From the IMG/VR virus record IMGVR_UViG_3300021389_000152, positions 1 through 24,683 of that record: 24,683 nt of DNA; one strand, written 5' to 3'. Source of the DNA: a virus (Duplodnaviria > Caudoviricetes). The position numbers and the translations under genes were made by a program. The notes beneath the pieces were generated by a model. It saw only the letters and a list, made by a program, of their open reading frames with translations, made no database searches and was not told the DNA's origin. This document shows, in pieces, positions 11,501 to 19,580 of the stretch. The stretch's first letter is position 1; each line of letters begins with the position of its first letter.

Positions 11501-13727
11501 TTATATGGATAACCTTCCAAAGTATTTAGACTATAACCAACTTAACAGCACATTTAGTTATGTTAATTTCTTAAGTGATTTTAAGATAAAACCTTCTCAC
11601 TTTAAAAGTACATCATATAATTACTTTGATAAGTTTATGGTTACTGATGGGTTTGAAGTAAAAGATCAATATGACATAAAGTCGTTTATTAAAACAAATC
11701 TACAAAAGAAATATACTTTAGTCTCTGGTGGTAATGACGCTTCATTTGCTAATACAGTTTTTAAAGGTATTAGAGTAGACTTTAAAAATAGAAAAGAATT
11801 TGTAAACACTAAAGCTAGTGAGTTTGTTAAAACTTCTGATTTTAATGGCTATAAGTTTAGCACTTTAGTATTAGTAAGAGGTGGTAGTGATAATAACGGA
11901 ATACAATATGAGGTAATTCAAAATAAAGCATTTAAGTTTGTTGTCTTTTTAATTACAGTATCATTAGATGATTTGTGGATTGATGGTGCTTTAAATAGAA
12001 AACTTCTATATGAAATGAATCATAGTTTTGTTTGGAATCATGAAAATCAAAACTTTGGCTATTCTGATGTTGCATTATCAGGAGCCCTTAACTTAAACGA
12101 TATTAACTTTACGAATCCAAACGGTGCTGATTATCTAGTAGCAACTGGTATTAATCACGCTGACGGATCTACTGCTAGCTTTTTAGATCAAATTAGTTCA
12201 GATGATGATGACATATTTGGTAATATTGAAATTACAGTTACGGACTCTACTGGACCTGTTACTTTTATACTAAAAATACAATCAGTAGACGATCAAAATC
12301 AAATAACTCTAGAAGGAGCCCCTCAAGACTTAAACGGTAATGCTGTTAATGTTTCTAACATATCTGGTTATGTTCAAAATAGTGCAGAGTATGTATATAA
12401 ACAAGGGGGTAAGAATGCGTTTACGTCGATCTTAGACCAACTGTCTGTTGGATCAGTTGCTGATTTATTATTACTAAACGATGGTAGTGTTGTATATACT
12501 ACTATTGAAGAAGATGGTACTATATTAAATAATCAATTTGAATTAGATTTTGAAAATGGAGTAGAGATAATTAAAGATTCTAATTTAACTATATCACCAG
12601 ATCAAGATAAGCCTAAAACTTTTAAATTAAAACAAGGTGTTATTGGGTTTGATATTGAACAAGGCGATACTTACTATCCGTTCTTAGTTAGACACAACGG
12701 TAGCTACACGGTAGATACTAGACCTGTTGTAACATTTACAGATACGTATTCTCATTTTAAAACAAATACACTTCAAACTACGCTAAACGAAACTGAGTTA
12801 AACTTTGAGGAGCCAATGTATAAGCACTCTTTAACTAGTGCTGAAGAAATTAAATTAGCTAGAGATTATTACAAACGATATAACAGATGTGGAACTTCAT
12901 TTAATTTAGGCTTTATACAAGATGGTGGAACTCATGATTCTTCTTGGGGTATAATTAAAAACCACTTTTATAGAAAAGTAAATGAGACTAATTCTGCAGG
13001 TGTTACTAAATTATCAAGATCTACAGATAAGTTACCTCTTTACCCACTAATAGGTGAGATTGCAATAGACAAAAAAGATGTAAATGTATTTAGATCTTCT
13101 TGGGATAAAAACTATTATACTAGATCTTTATCCGGTGGAGCAAACGAAGCGGTACCTGGTACATTTGAAACTAAAGAAGAAAGATCTTATTTAGGTTCTA
13201 CAATCATGAAGGTAAAAGATTCATACAATATGATTAACTTTACTTCATATAGAGCTAGTACGCAGGAGCAACAAGATAGAATTTTAGCTAATAACGACGA
13301 AAAATATGACGTAGTTTTATTTGAAGATAAGAAATATGTTTATATGGATTTTTACATTACTAGTACTCTTAATAAACTATTAAGTAGTGAAGGTGTTTTA
13401 GACTCTATTAATAAATACGTTTCAGCTGCTAATTCTGCTGGTGATAAAACCACAACTAAAGATGATGCGCAGCTTTATGTAGAAAACAACTTGCTAAACA
13501 CTTTTAATTTAGATATGATAAAAATTTACACTAGTAGAATTAAGGGTGTAGATTCTGAGGTTATATCTTCTGCGAGTGTTGAAAATCTAGATGATGGAGG
13601 CTATATGAACGATACGAATTTTACATTTAAGTCGCACGAACAAAAGCCCCTTAATTTTAGGTTGATATATAATAAAAGATTAGGTTATTCTTATCGAATT
13701 AAGCCTATGGTAAAAATAAAGTCATAA
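5514..13727 (+). CDS. Giant virion protein: N-terminal adhesin arm (Calx-beta-like, three cadherin/Ig-like repeats, Cys-bracketed modules) plus ~1600-aa baseplate-like core
   Basis: Calx-beta-like segment SVDEGGSVIFTV...DTTTEGAETLTLTL...VTINDTS (~5830-6130). Repeats begin NSAP (6138), NQPP (6504) and NTAP (6846), each with (S/T)DPE/DVD motifs. Composition shifts from T/N/G-rich to K/F/D-rich near aa 1114. Confidence 0.7.
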   Translation: MAQLILKGNLETSAILAIQNGPSSVNNSTKYFDDSSNANAGVLEVGNILYDTSDTNPSTGTVYAPGSNGWHWDETNQSAIQLDGVTDIGQVDTITPVSYDTLSSNVSSVDEGGSVIFTVATTNIPNGTEVGYTLSGTNIDGNDFTVGSLTGTITITSDSGSVTFTLAEDTTTEGAETLTLTLDALDDNSITTGTLTHDVTINDTSETPNSAPTVNSQTFNVTQNNDAADSVTIDLQQITSDPESDPLIWKIITLPATGELRDNYDPSAAITTGQLVYELQTDGGGNNYIVKYHPGNTVAGGVVNFTFRAEDDNGGVSNIGTITINVNAPANQPPTGNPITISLVADGNTNSDTFTRVATDPENQSMTFNWCNASGVTTGLPSLNHGALTQVGSGQTFQYTQNTQLYIAPGSNPSTLTDVFYYKANDGTDDSAPIQVTVNNTSTSNTAPVWKQNGQAYSAPGNSIAIIAGSPFTVTGLTATDVDPNQSLSYSVNVNPNGSATANYSASTETFTVNGITAGQTTVTLTANDGITTSVLTYQFTITEVPYRGIQYSAFTNSDQSACAQARSTGLDQYYYETAPNGTTFLSTLAVGDFIYVDDDLQPTSRVIPTSASSTWVSVEETSQGTVKALQLNATTGAIESILNCTTAGGAAWEILNVTYNAQAADYCNGIYQTGNVWQNVLDPQQSGGTVTLTDVVAAGGQLFASEYWANQYAGQTAPASVILAQGAYGDSSITSNQYFYWDTAIADWLEPDPTNAPGVYLITCPTPITYITKSLDVRYYSADPTNIGAVCNAIGGLPWADVDDERFDLVTIYFRWDAANANQNPSLLDVAKTTINSGSKIQIFVTASGAESQNYSLLQPSSVLLDATSGGFVLWDNDDYTGYDGTYNWFAFDTNNVLEQAATSSQLGTCSDGIAGPLADYQRDALWSITQQVDFDDNLGVIDTIQVGNHLGSKNSIFFAFYACEPQLDPGIPGGQPYYPVYVVDGMVDIEQFSESGVSYVNDFMRTINVGDKNVRAQVKIDGKCFTYINYIAATNIEEAVDLMQNEIDIIAGSGDMDAKAISINAVDFGLGSQASVVWRNFTQGEEGTICYSCASGTQGTNHNWATYAFPAMDNAEVLNRTSPNFNLEENYVLDNVSKPLLRTNPKLTTNAKLVANSTDEIFLESIDATKELASVEYKKWALNPEGQWSQDLYKFYKSSSTPSDIMYATRADYSDFTVQDSFDKQIEEVYHYGTTYNYSKLHTEELRMLAPIWLDKDIPKKFVIFRVNDPVGEMDFDTRTNFDNIQDLLKNSEIIKTFDLTTDSAIGKYIRNHVNAESFPKSPIQFNFEKREKSSFNGIDLGKGGFTSKGEYLHKDFVRADSPLIASNEMITDGFERNKLACANLINIEFLFDDHNAKDYSINRYFGLYVNDIDSGYGSIRSANNGDVIFKSLNSHINDLPKSAIPSFKQVSTTPTLAYLNISDEFYKVSSRAQYDTNNLNVIVEDSNNQIPAEIKTAPNGNSIDIIKSDLPGFDFVKFTVTGTPAVNDRFTVFESRESVYSIKFLRHIPNESWNMSINIDGAVINIPVINIGNDVGDAYAAIKNALNAYKDNIAITYEGPNSKYPNTIFINEVNASLQDLQLSFTGNGVNTSSIAKVTQMQTSINLDSSTFFATHSLAPGSYNGNFYSLEGTTSEIAKAIVGCVNNSSINFTAIINDGASDFYIKNAVSGYRLLQSGILIPANNANTFITLNNRDLKTVNNPGGLLKLSENIIDNNFVHYMNGGNSAGKSVLVTKDSVSDVAVGNMLPTPSVGVYNEIIDIVDDITTPNTIYQKLILDKKNYIESGEQKLYSENIARLGLFSAYDIHDMNFDFYDIENSELKELEYETPAIINYEPERSQQNTLEVFSTDYDISDPYTYFSGINDRLGEETEAENDEIKLFTEYDRLQENNLKEFAIQSRVVPNINKWTLKDSLTVREQPYYLNANEAFGRTNFSPDFNSVGRDRLGMTHEWFYMDNLPKYLDYNQLNSTFSYVNFLSDFKIKPSHFKSTSYNYFDKFMVTDGFEVKDQYDIKSFIKTNLQKKYTLVSGGNDASFANTVFKGIRVDFKNRKEFVNTKASEFVKTSDFNGYKFSTLVLVRGGSDNNGIQYEVIQNKAFKFVVFLITVSLDDLWIDGALNRKLLYEMNHSFVWNHENQNFGYSDVALSGALNLNDINFTNPNGADYLVATGINHADGSTASFLDQISSDDDDIFGNIEITVTDSTGPVTFILKIQSVDDQNQITLEGAPQDLNGNAVNVSNISGYVQNSAEYVYKQGGKNAFTSILDQLSVGSVADLLLLNDGSVVYTTIEEDGTILNNQFELDFENGVEIIKDSNLTISPDQDKPKTFKLKQGVIGFDIEQGDTYYPFLVRHNGSYTVDTRPVVTFTDTYSHFKTNTLQTTLNETELNFEEPMYKHSLTSAEEIKLARDYYKRYNRCGTSFNLGFIQDGGTHDSSWGIIKNHFYRKVNETNSAGVTKLSRSTDKLPLYPLIGEIAIDKKDVNVFRSSWDKNYYTRSLSGGANEAVPGTFETKEERSYLGSTIMKVKDSYNMINFTSYRASTQEQQDRILANNDEKYDVVLFEDKKYVYMDFYITSTLNKLLSSEGVLDSINKYVSAANSAGDKTTTKDDAQLYVENNLLNTFNLDMIKIYTSRIKGVDSEVISSASVENLDDGGYMNDTNFTFKSHEQKPLNFRLIYNKRLGYSYRIKPMVKIKS
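13664..13672 (+). promoter_or_regulatory. Putative late promoter GATATATAA embedded in the 3' end of the giant gene
   Basis: Lies within codons L-I-Y-N, 58 nt upstream of ATG 13731. Confidence 0.55.
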
Positions 13728-13730
13728 GCA

Positions 13731-16073
13731 ATGGCAATTAACATTCAAGAAATACTACACCCTAGTGACTCTGACAGTATCAAGTTCTCGAAGATTAACT
13801 ATAACTTCGATCAACTAGTTGTTAATGGAGGTGGACCTGCTGGTCCAAAAGGAGATTTAGGTAATCCAGGTAGCACAGGTCAAACTGGTGCAACTGGTAA
13901 TACTGGTGACAAGGGTAATAAAGGGGATTCTGGTGAAACTACCAGCCCATGGAAAAATATTGCCATAGATTTAAACCTTAGCGATGGTAAAAATAACGTT
14001 AGAATTTTAAAGCCAAAACCAGGAACTGATTTAGAGACTCCTGTTATTTGGTTAGGTGATAGTTCATTTTTAGACGAAGGCGTTGGCGCAAATGATGGGG
14101 ATACCACATTAAGATCTACTTTGAATGTTGGTAGACATTATGATATTAATGGTTCCGCTGTTGCTGCTGAATATGCTACATTTTGGCATAGTTCTAGTGT
14201 TAAAATTAAATTAGACTCCGAAGATGTAACTGGTGTAAATAATTATACTAGATTTAATCTTTCTGCAGTTGAGCCTATTGTACCAAATAGTAACCCTGAA
14301 GATATTAGGTTTCAAATAAATTTACCGACAACATATACTGGAGAATTTAGATTAAATAATTTTAATATTACTGGTAATTTTGAAGACGGCATGCTTAGAT
14401 ATAACTCCGGCGCTAATAAGTTTGAGGGTTATATTAATAATGCATGGGTTGAATTATGTACAGCACCATGTGGTGCTGGGGGTTCTAGTGGTAGTATCTC
14501 AATTAGCGGTACTAACTTAAACCTTAATGTAGACGGAAGTTTAGTAGGAGGTAATCCGACTTTCCAATATAGTAACTGGAATGGTAGTGTTTCTGTTGAT
14601 GCTGCAGGTGTGGTAACTATTAATAATGGTAATGCTACAACTGTGGTTACAGATCCTGTAGGCCCAGTAGCTGCTAATACAACAGCTGGAACTAATAATG
14701 TATCTTTCACGGTTACAGTTACAGTTCCTTCTGGATATGATAATGTAGGTCAAACTGTTGCAGGTTCTGTTACAGTAGTACAACCAACTAGTTATCAAGC
14801 GCCAGTAACATTAACTGGACAAATGAATTTAAACTATGGTTCTAGTGGAGGGGTTGTATGTTCAGGATCAGGAACTTATGTCGGAGCTGTACCAGTAGAA
14901 ATAACTGGAATTCCTAATCCGAGTAATGCAGAATGGCAAACAGCTGCGCGTAATGATGCTTTAGATTACTTTAATGATAATCCAAGCCTTCTAGCTGCAG
15001 GTGAACACTTTAAAGTAACGGCTATATCTGATCATAATAATGGGACAATTCCTACTGTAAATGAATTTATTGAATATGATGGTTCCGGAGGTTTAACAAG
15101 CGTTGATCCATGTCCAACTCAACAATATACCGTTACAATTGGAGCAAATAGTACGATAGCAAACGCGTCAATCTATAATGTTGCATCTGGAGGTTCGCCT
15201 AATAACACTATTACGCAAACCGGAGGAGCAGGTGATGCTATTAACGATGCGTTCTATGTTGAAGCAGATGCCGGCTATAATATTAGTCCTTCTCAAGTTA
15301 ATATATCTTCATGGGGCGGTGGAGGCTCTAATACTTTTGTTAACCCTAACGTGAATTCAGCAGGTAGGGTTGTTGTTGGATGGAACGATACAATAGATCC
15401 AAATAATCTTTCTTTCGATATAGGAATAGCAGGTACTGTAAGTCAATATACATATACAGTGGACGTTGTAGAAACAGATGATTTTAGTACAATATGTAGT
15501 GAAACTGTTAGTAATAATACATTCGCATACCCACAGGGTGAAGGTGGAGTAAACTTCCAGAACTACTTCTTAAATAACTACCAAGTAACTGGTACTACAA
15601 GCTCGATAAAAATAATTAGCTCTAGCGAACCTAGCTTCTCTTGGGGAGGTTGGGCAATACAAATGAATAATAATAATGAACCTCTAAACGGAGGTTGGTT
15701 TAACTGTAACTCTGGTGGTGGATCCGCTTCAGTAGCAATAACAGGAGCAGAATGGATTTACACAGCACAAGGATCTGAAGATTATGTAGGAACTCCTACT
15801 AATATATTCGGTTCTGGTGGAAATGGAAATCCGTCATTCTCATGGGCACTGTCCGGAATAAATGCTAATAAATTCCAATTAACTAACGCAAGTTCGCAGA
15901 CATGTACTGTAGCCTATATTGGAACTGGTATATGTAGTGGAGGAGAAGAAGATGCAATTCTTACATGTACGGCGTCAGGTTTTGATTCAAACGGACAAGC
16001 AATATCGCCAGTATCAGATACAAAAACAATAAACGGCTGTGATGACTCTGGTGGCGGGTCTTCTGGCGATTAG
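13731..16073 (+). CDS. Tail fibre / receptor-binding protein with collagen-like segment
   Basis: N-terminal KINYNFDQL resembles the T4 gp9/gp10-type attachment motif (KINxNFDEL). It has 12 G-X-Y triplets, a GMLRYN...FEGY...W motif typical of phage fibres, and G/S/T/N-rich beta modules at the C-terminus. Confidence 0.75.
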   Translation: MAINIQEILHPSDSDSIKFSKINYNFDQLVVNGGGPAGPKGDLGNPGSTGQTGATGNTGDKGNKGDSGETTSPWKNIAIDLNLSDGKNNVRILKPKPGTDLETPVIWLGDSSFLDEGVGANDGDTTLRSTLNVGRHYDINGSAVAAEYATFWHSSSVKIKLDSEDVTGVNNYTRFNLSAVEPIVPNSNPEDIRFQINLPTTYTGEFRLNNFNITGNFEDGMLRYNSGANKFEGYINNAWVELCTAPCGAGGSSGSISISGTNLNLNVDGSLVGGNPTFQYSNWNGSVSVDAAGVVTINNGNATTVVTDPVGPVAANTTAGTNNVSFTVTVTVPSGYDNVGQTVAGSVTVVQPTSYQAPVTLTGQMNLNYGSSGGVVCSGSGTYVGAVPVEITGIPNPSNAEWQTAARNDALDYFNDNPSLLAAGEHFKVTAISDHNNGTIPTVNEFIEYDGSGGLTSVDPCPTQQYTVTIGANSTIANASIYNVASGGSPNNTITQTGGAGDAINDAFYVEADAGYNISPSQVNISSWGGGGSNTFVNPNVNSAGRVVVGWNDTIDPNNLSFDIGIAGTVSQYTYTVDVVETDDFSTICSETVSNNTFAYPQGEGGVNFQNYFLNNYQVTGTTSSIKIISSSEPSFSWGGWAIQMNNNNEPLNGGWFNCNSGGGSASVAITGAEWIYTAQGSEDYVGTPTNIFGSGGNGNPSFSWALSGINANKFQLTNASSQTCTVAYIGTGICSGGEEDAILTCTASGFDSNGQAISPVSDTKTINGCDDSGGGSSGD
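13833..13940 (+). repeat. Collagen-like (Gly-X-Y)12
   Basis: GPA GPK GDL GNP GST GQT GAT GNT GDK GNK GDS GET. Confidence 0.9.
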
Positions 16074-16091
16074 AAATTAAAAGAATAAAAG

Positions 16092-16691
16092 ATGTATATA
16101 TTAAATATAGGCCCAAACGTTTCTACCCAAGATCCTACAGATTTTAAGAGGTGTACACCTGCTAAAGTTAAGGCATGGTGGGAAGCAGTAAAGCAAAATG
16201 TACCAAACTATAATAGCTATAATTGGCATATTGTAGGTGGAATGGCTAATGGATCTCAGGATTCACTAGATGCTGATATAGTGTTAACACCATTATCTGG
16301 TGAAGTATATGATTCTAGTGAATTACCTTTACTACAATCTATATTAGTAAGCGCGCAACAATTAGCATTAGATAATAAATTCTTTGTTGATCTTAAAGCA
16401 ATTCCATATCATTGGTCTAGCCCTTTAGGTTTCACTAGAAGCTTCTTTAAAATTGGGTGCTGGGATAAAATTACTATCACTATTGATGAAGAAACGACAG
16501 TTAAATCAAATGTTTATAGAAGACGCAATGCTACTTCTATAGAAAAACTAGGTGAGCTAGATCTATGGAAAGTGTCATGGAATAGAACAGGTTACGAAGG
16601 TGAGCTTTTCTTTCCGTTTGGTTCAACTGAAAAGGCGGAAAATTATACAGCAGGTTATGTTCCTGTTGAAGACTGGTGTAACGCGCAATAA
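16092..16691 (+). CDS. Pol-beta-superfamily nucleotidyltransferase-like protein
   Basis: WHIVGG(49-50)-x9-D60-A-D62-IVL matches hG[GS]x(9-13)DxDh. A candidate third carboxylate is D100 in the strand FFVDL. Confidence 0.6.
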   Translation: MYILNIGPNVSTQDPTDFKRCTPAKVKAWWEAVKQNVPNYNSYNWHIVGGMANGSQDSLDADIVLTPLSGEVYDSSELPLLQSILVSAQQLALDNKFFVDLKAIPYHWSSPLGFTRSFFKIGCWDKITITIDEETTVKSNVYRRRNATSIEKLGELDLWKVSWNRTGYEGELFFPFGSTEKAENYTAGYVPVEDWCNAQ

Positions 16692-16697
16692 TAAATT

Positions 16698-17507
16698 ATG
16701 AAGGACAAAATAAAAAATATATTATCGAATAAGACTCTGGTAACTTTTGTTGCGGGAGCTTTACTATGTTTATTATTTCTTAAACAATGTAATAGTATTG
16801 AGAATTTAAAACAAGATGTTAAGTTAGCACAACAAGATGCTGATAGAAATCTAAATAATTTTAAAGCTGCTCAAGATTCAGTTACGGTTTTAAGAAATGA
16901 TAACGGAGACCAGTTAGCACAGATCAGATCTTTTGAATTTGATCTATCTAACTTACAGGGTAGTCAAATTAAATTAACTAAAAAGTACCAAAAGGCACTT
17001 GCGTTAAATGATGACTTAAAGAAGGTTAACTCCCTGATTTCTGCAGAGTTAGAAATTACAGATAGTCTAGATGTTGCAACGACAACAGAGATTGTAGATA
17101 CTACAACAACAAAAATTAATTTCGAATCTAGTACAGATTTCGGCAACGGTAACTCAAGGTTTTTAACCGGGTTCTCTACTGTTAAATATGACTTTGGTCA
17201 GTTTAAAGTGTTAGAGTCTAAATTTGAGTTAAAACAAACACTAAGCCTAATGGCTGCAATTGAAGAGGGCGAAGATGGTGCAGATAGATTAAAACTATCA
17301 ACGACGTATCCTGGTTTAGTGATTAAAGATATTGAAAATATCAACCTAGTTAATACTAGACTAAATAGAAGATCAGAGAAAACAGCTGGTTGGGGTATTG
17401 GTATTGGCGTAGGATATGGTATTAATTTAAACAACAATCAAGTGATTAGTACAGGTCCTTCAATAGGACTTGGCTTATATTGGTCACCAAAATTTTTAAG
17501 ATTTTAA
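16698..17507 (+). CDS. Membrane-anchored spanin-like protein
   Basis: Basic N-terminus plus hydrophobic helix (LVTFVAGALLCLLFL), a coiled coil at about aa 32-115, a beta-rich middle, and a C-terminal Gly/aromatic beta-hairpin ending in Phe. Confidence 0.55.
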   Translation: MKDKIKNILSNKTLVTFVAGALLCLLFLKQCNSIENLKQDVKLAQQDADRNLNNFKAAQDSVTVLRNDNGDQLAQIRSFEFDLSNLQGSQIKLTKKYQKALALNDDLKKVNSLISAELEITDSLDVATTTEIVDTTTTKINFESSTDFGNGNSRFLTGFSTVKYDFGQFKVLESKFELKQTLSLMAAIEEGEDGADRLKLSTTYPGLVIKDIENINLVNTRLNRRSEKTAGWGIGIGVGYGINLNNNQVISTGPSIGLGLYWSPKFLRF

Positions 17508-19580
17508 ATGGCGCAATCAAGTAGATATTTTAGAATAGACGAAGACATCCTGTTAGAGTTTATTTACCACGATCAAGGAGATGCAGAGAAGTATCGAATT
17601 GAGGTAGATGACAATGGTAGTGAGGTTATGTTTCTAGATACGGTAGATCAAAATCCGTATCAAGCAAGGCACTTAATTAATGAATTAGGTTCTGCTGTAG
17701 TTAATTTTGATGCCACTGTTATTAGCGGTTATATTGCTATAGAAAACTTTGCAGCCAGAACTTTGTTATTACAAAGTGGTAAAACATATAAATTCGATTT
17801 AAGTGCTTTACCTAATCCTGCTGATTTTACTATATCTGGTGCTTTAGGTATTTATAGTTATTCGGCAACGACTATGATAGGTACATTCACTCCAACGATA
17901 AACGGTAAAATAGAATATACATATCCGAATTTAATAGGTGGTGTGATTTATGTTGATACTAGAGCTAATCCTTTATTCTCTTCACCAGATGAGGCTACAG
18001 GAAATGATATTAACCAAACAATTGGAAGATACCATGCTGTAAAAACACCAGGTACAACAGATACTACAAAGTATGCTCTTTTAGGTTATGATTCAACCGG
18101 TGATTATGATATGCATAATTACATTAATAATAATTCAGATTGGCAAGGTGGTAATGAAGCAGATCTTTTAAATTACCAATCCGAGGCTACTCAAAATATT
18201 AACTATATCTTATATGATAGTATTAGACTACATTTAAAGGCTGGTTTTAGTTTTGCTGCAAGAGGATATGAAGGCTTTTTGTTTGAAGTTACAGCTGGTA
18301 GATTAAGCGGTGTACAAAATTACTTATCTCAAATAGTTTATTTAAACCAAAGTAATTATGAGTTCTCTAACCCTAAGCCTTTTATTTTAGGTGAGACTCT
18401 TTGGTCTAAGTTTATTAATTTAAAAGTACCAGCACTTGTTGGACAAAATTCAGAATTTAATGATAGATTTTATGGAGATGGTGTTATAGGTTCAAGTAAC
18501 TTAGATCCTACTTCTAATTACGGAATTAGATTTGCATTACTAGATAGTTTAAAAACTATTGAAGGGTATGACTATGTTTATACTGGAGAAGAAAATGTAT
18601 TTACGGTTTCAAGAGAAGATGAATTTGCTGATTTTACAGTTGTAGTTGAAGATGCAACTGATGGTGATTACTTTAATATTTACGGAGAGAAAGATAATTC
18701 ACTAGCAAACTTTGAGGGTCATATATTAGATAGAATTAGAACATCGTCAGATGATATAGTTGTTATTTTCGATGTAGATGTATTTGAACAAATAGGTACT
18801 GCTCAAATTAAATCATATACAACAACATTTACTCAGTATGAAGATTTTAATACTCCGATTAGATTTAGACCTGTAATTAATAAGGCTAATGTAGCAGTTA
18901 ACTTTTCTATTGAGGTAACTATGAGAATTTACAATCAAACAGATAATACTCAAATTGTAAAGAGAGCAAGTTTAACAGTAGATCAAGCTAATAGATACGG
19001 TAAGAAGTTAAGTACTTTAAAGATTGATAATCCAAACATATTAACTGAGGTTTACAATGTTTTACCTAGCCTTGCTGCTAATAAAATTATCTCAGGTTTT
19101 ATTACTGACAATTTACCAAGATCAGTAAAAACAGTACCCGCGTTTGTTGAAAGGCATAATGTAATTGCTAGTTCTGCAAAAGTTAATTTAGTAGGTGCTG
19201 GTAATAATCCAATCATAAAAGATGTTGAAGAATTTGATACGACTGATTTTGTGGACGAAGGTGATTTATCTATTAGTATTCCTCCTTTTGCATCTTACTA
19301 TAAATTTGTAATAGCTAAAAAGAGAGGAGATGATTTCGATATGATTTCATTTGAAAATGCAGAAAGAGTTATACTTACTTTTAATGATGGTAAGACAAAG
19401 TTAAAATTTAATCATGTGTACAATAAAGATGTTGATATGGGTAGTGGTGAAGTTTTGTTTACGATAAACGAGGCTAATGCAACCAGTATTAGAGGTATGC
19501 AAACTGACGCTTTCTATATTAGCATTGATAATGGAACAGAAGAAACTATGGTTACTAAAGGTAAATTTACTATTGGATAA
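17508..19580 (+). CDS. Virion structural protein (baseplate-region hypothetical)
   Basis: 690-aa beta-rich ORF that abuts the upstream stop and overlaps the next start (TAATG). Function is from context only. Confidence 0.55.
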   Translation: MAQSSRYFRIDEDILLEFIYHDQGDAEKYRIEVDDNGSEVMFLDTVDQNPYQARHLINELGSAVVNFDATVISGYIAIENFAARTLLLQSGKTYKFDLSALPNPADFTISGALGIYSYSATTMIGTFTPTINGKIEYTYPNLIGGVIYVDTRANPLFSSPDEATGNDINQTIGRYHAVKTPGTTDTTKYALLGYDSTGDYDMHNYINNNSDWQGGNEADLLNYQSEATQNINYILYDSIRLHLKAGFSFAARGYEGFLFEVTAGRLSGVQNYLSQIVYLNQSNYEFSNPKPFILGETLWSKFINLKVPALVGQNSEFNDRFYGDGVIGSSNLDPTSNYGIRFALLDSLKTIEGYDYVYTGEENVFTVSREDEFADFTVVVEDATDGDYFNIYGEKDNSLANFEGHILDRIRTSSDDIVVIFDVDVFEQIGTAQIKSYTTTFTQYEDFNTPIRFRPVINKANVAVNFSIEVTMRIYNQTDNTQIVKRASLTVDQANRYGKKLSTLKIDNPNILTEVYNVLPSLAANKIISGFITDNLPRSVKTVPAFVERHNVIASSAKVNLVGAGNNPIIKDVEEFDTTDFVDEGDLSISIPPFASYYKFVIAKKRGDDFDMISFENAERVILTFNDGKTKLKFNHVYNKDVDMGSGEVLFTINEANATSIRGMQTDAFYISIDNGTEETMVTKGKFTIG

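Noticed and set aside
16491-16519. GAAAC-N19-TATAG near-match to the middle promoter
   Set aside because: Spacing and -10 box both deviate, and it lies inside a gene.
13731-16691. Diversity-generating retroelement or invertible fibre cassette
   Set aside because: No reverse transcriptase, template/variable repeat pair, recombinase or long inverted repeats seen.
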